64,000 bases of DNA, taken from assembly GCF_026210795.1 (NCBI RefSeq), contig NC_089429.1:5270001-5334000 (forward strand), read 5' to 3'. This stretch comes from Rhizophagus irregularis (lineage: Eukaryota). The position numbers and the translations under genes were made by a program. Numbering within the stretch: position 1 is the first letter of the stretch; each line of letters starts with the position of its first letter. The notes beneath the pieces were generated by a model. That model searched no databases. It saw only the letters and a program-made list of their open reading frames with translations, and was not told the origin of the DNA. Below, piece after piece: positions 61,812 to 64,000 of the stretch.

Positions 61812-64000
61812 TTAAAAGGAGTCAATCTTGCTACATACACGATCAAGATCCTCTTCATCCCAGTCATCGACGATTCCATTGGCGGCTTCCCATTCACGTT
61901 CCATATTAGTCTTTGGACGTTCCTCGGGGATCTCTCGCGCTTTTCCTTTATCTGCCCTCATAGTTTCATAACCAGAGGTGGTAGGGATAATCTCGGCATC
62001 AGTATCCTCCTTATATGCTCTTATTAGATCTGCAAGCTCTTTACGACTGGGTGTTTTAGGTAAGTACCCATTATATTCTATCCAGTCCTTGAAGCGGTCT
62101 ACTACTTCCCTAAGGTAGTACTGGTACTCGTCCTCAATACGTGTTGTGGGACATTCCTCTACTTTAAACACAAGTATTTCCCAGTCATAGTCGTCTGACG
62201 CGTCTTGGTACTTAGCCCATAAATCCTTACCTGTATTGTAGAGATCATTGAAGACCTGGTCCTTTGAATTCTTGACCCATGGATTACGATCCCATCGGTG
62301 TCTTTCATGCCAAGCCCAGTGTGCTTGAGTACCTTCCTTTGGTTTAGGGTCCCGGTCAACTTCTAGTTCTGTGTCAGGTTCTGGGATAGGTTGCTCTTCA
62401 GGAGCCGGTTCTGGGTCAGGCTTAGTGACAGATGCAGAAGATTCTGCAGGAGACTCAGGTTGTTGCTTAGGAACTTGGTCTGCAGTTGTAGGATCTGAGT
62501 CAGATAGCAAGTCATCTAAAACGTCATAGTCATTATCAGCTTTAAGTGCAGGTTCCTCATCAGATAGATAACAGTCTGAGAAGCTATCTATAGTTTCATC
62601 AGTATCTGACTCTATAGGAGCTGGAGATTCCTCAGGAATAGGATCCTCATTGATGACAGGTGCGGGTTTTACCTTCAAGCAATCAGGCTTAAGTGGTACT
62701 GGTGGTGGAGTCTTTTTGGAAACTGGTTGCTTTTCAGTAGGTTTTTCTTCAACAGGTTTCTCAACAACTAGCTCCACTTTCTCTTGATCTACTTGCGATT
62801 TACTAGCTGGATTATATATATTTGCCAAGAACTTCACCAAGGCATTTGGATCAGATGCGGGCTTCTCAGGAGTTTCTACATCTATTCCTTCTATGTCTAT
62901 CTCGTCTGTTTCGTGGATCCATTTTTTAGTGAGAAACTTCTTGTAAAGGTCCTCCCTGGATATACTGTAAACTCGTGGTGTTGCCTTACCTACACGTATT
63001 TTTCTGCTATTTATACCCAACTCATTTGATAGGATTCTAGAAGCGTTTATCTTTGATAGGGGTGTAATGCAATGAGTTTCACAATATGAAGTATATACCC
63101 TATAAAATTCTTGAACAGGTAGGTCAGTTATATAAGTGTCCTTTATGAATTGAAATAGGGGTGGGAGAGTTGATATCATGTGATCCTGCTTAGATGTTGT
63201 CATAGGTGGTGGATTTCCATTGAAGTCCGGGTAAGCGTCTGCAATGGCTCTCAAGTAAGCATAGAATGCCTCACTGGCGCCTGGGTATTTCATAGCGTCA
63301 CTGAGTTTCTTAAAGTAGTTGAGGTCTCCCTTGCGGGATGGTGACACATCCAAGAATACTGTGCGCCTATCGTCATTCTCCACTCTGAGAGCATTTTCAT
63401 TGGTGAGTACAATGGTGGATATAAAGTTTTTGTAATGTGTTGGCATCTTGTATTTTTCATGGATTTCCATTATGTCGCCTGTTACCTTATCCTTCAACGA
63501 TCGATACAGATTATTCCACTGGCTTTTTTCTGTAGGCATTTCCTCGAGGAGAAAAAGAACCTTACCCTGTAATTGCCCATTGAAACTTCCAAGAATCGTT
63601 TGAGGATCGCTGGTCTTATAAACAAGTTGAGTACCTAAGACACTACGTTGAATGAAATCTGTTATAATACTCTTACCCCAACCCTGTCCAGATTTCAGGT
63701 AGAGAATCGAATACATTTTCCTTCCAGCTGCCACACCGGCCAACCACTTTATGATATACTCAGTAAGATTCCAATCGCCTGAACACCAGATATCCTGAAT
63801 GTGGGAGAAGATAAATTTAACTGCGAGGTGGGTTGTAGATTCAAAAGTGGATATCGGACGCAGGATATGGAGAAATCCTAGGAAGATATTGAGATAAAGT
63901 TGGCCACCTAGTTTAAAGATACGGGATTTTTGAGGGTCACAGGTAGCTACACATACAGTACTATATTCGATCATAAACCATTTGTTGATATTGAATTCAA
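61812..64000 (-). CDS. Superfamily 3 helicase (D5/DUF5906-like) with a wHTH and an acidic Pro-rich tail; 5' end beyond the window
   Basis: Walker A SGQGWGKS, Walker B FLLEEM, motif C VLTNEN and arginine finger DDRRT. The frame stays open to the window edge (EFNINKWFMIEY). Confidence 0.88.
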   Translation of the reverse strand, partial: EFNINKWFMIEYSTVCVATCDPQKSRIFKLGGQLYLNIFLGFLHILRPISTFESTTHLAVKFIFSHIQDIWCSGDWNLTEYIIKWLAGVAAGRKMYSILYLKSGQGWGKSIITDFIQRSVLGTQLVYKTSDPQTILGSFNGQLQGKVLFLLEEMPTEKSQWNNLYRSLKDKVTGDIMEIHEKYKMPTHYKNFISTIVLTNENALRVENDDRRTVFLDVSPSRKGDLNYFKKLSDAMKYPGASEAFYAYLRAIADAYPDFNGNPPPMTTSKQDHMISTLPPLFQFIKDTYITDLPVQEFYRVYTSYCETHCITPLSKINASRILSNELGINSRKIRVGKATPRVYSISREDLYKKFLTKKWIHETDEIDIEGIDVETPEKPASDPNALVKFLANIYNPASKSQVDQEKVELVVEKPVEEKPTEKQPVSKKTPPPVPLKPDCLKVKPAPVINEDPIPEESPAPIESDTDETIDSFSDCYLSDEEPALKADNDYDVLDDLLSDSDPTTADQVPKQQPESPAESSASVTKPDPEPAPEEQPIPEPDTELEVDRDPKPKEGTQAHWAWHERHRWDRNPWVKNSKDQVFNDLYNTGKDLWAKYQDASDDYDWEILVFKVEECPTTRIEDEYQYYLREVVDRFKDWIEYNGYLPKTPSRKELADLIRAYKEDTDAEIIPTTSGYETMRADKGKAREIPEERPKTNMEREWEAANGIVDDWDEEDLDRVCSKIDSF

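Larger units (their letters stand above)
50605..64000. mobile_element. Polinton/Maverick-like endogenous virus-like element carrying a retro-type gag-protease module; right end lies outside the window
   Basis: Abrupt switch to intronless, tightly packed, more GC-rich ORFs: integrase-chromodomain, A32-like ATPase, PolB, SF3 helicase, Gag and retropepsin. The left junction is inferred where the host repeat (attcaagc..cgtc) breaks off. Confidence 0.85.

Overview
AT-rich, intron-containing eukaryotic DNA. The expanded kinase + Sel1-repeat genes, short GT-AG introns and many MITEs suggest an arbuscular mycorrhizal (Glomeromycotina-like) fungus; this is an inference. Positions 1-47.5 kb hold host genes: two kinase-Sel1 genes, an MLKL-like pseudokinase-Sel1 gene, a secreted alpha-carbonic anhydrase, a ubiquitin-like/ADP-ribosyltransferase-like fusion and a His/Asp- and Ser/Pro-rich GPI-type surface protein. 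This part also has a CLF1 fragment, a decayed non-LTR retrotransposon inside a kinase-Sel1 pseudogene, and several MITEs. Positions 48.2-50.6 kb are a tandem array of micro-exon/intron units with hairpin-embedded splice signals. From about 50605 to beyond the window end lies an intronless, gene-dense, more GC-rich Polinton/Maverick-like element. It encodes a DDE integrase-chromodomain, an A32-like packaging ATPase, a family B DNA polymerase, an SF3 helicase, a DUF5679-like Zn protein, a 2-cysteine-adaptor-like protein and an F-box protein. No jelly-roll capsid or adenain protease is recognisable in the visible part. It instead carries a Ty3/gypsy-type Gag joined to a retropepsin by an apparent -1 frameshift site, with no reverse transcriptase. 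This DNA-virus/retroelement chimera is the main candidate novel system. The copy is partly decayed and has an in-frame MITE in its protease. All family assignments are from motif recognition by eye, not searches.
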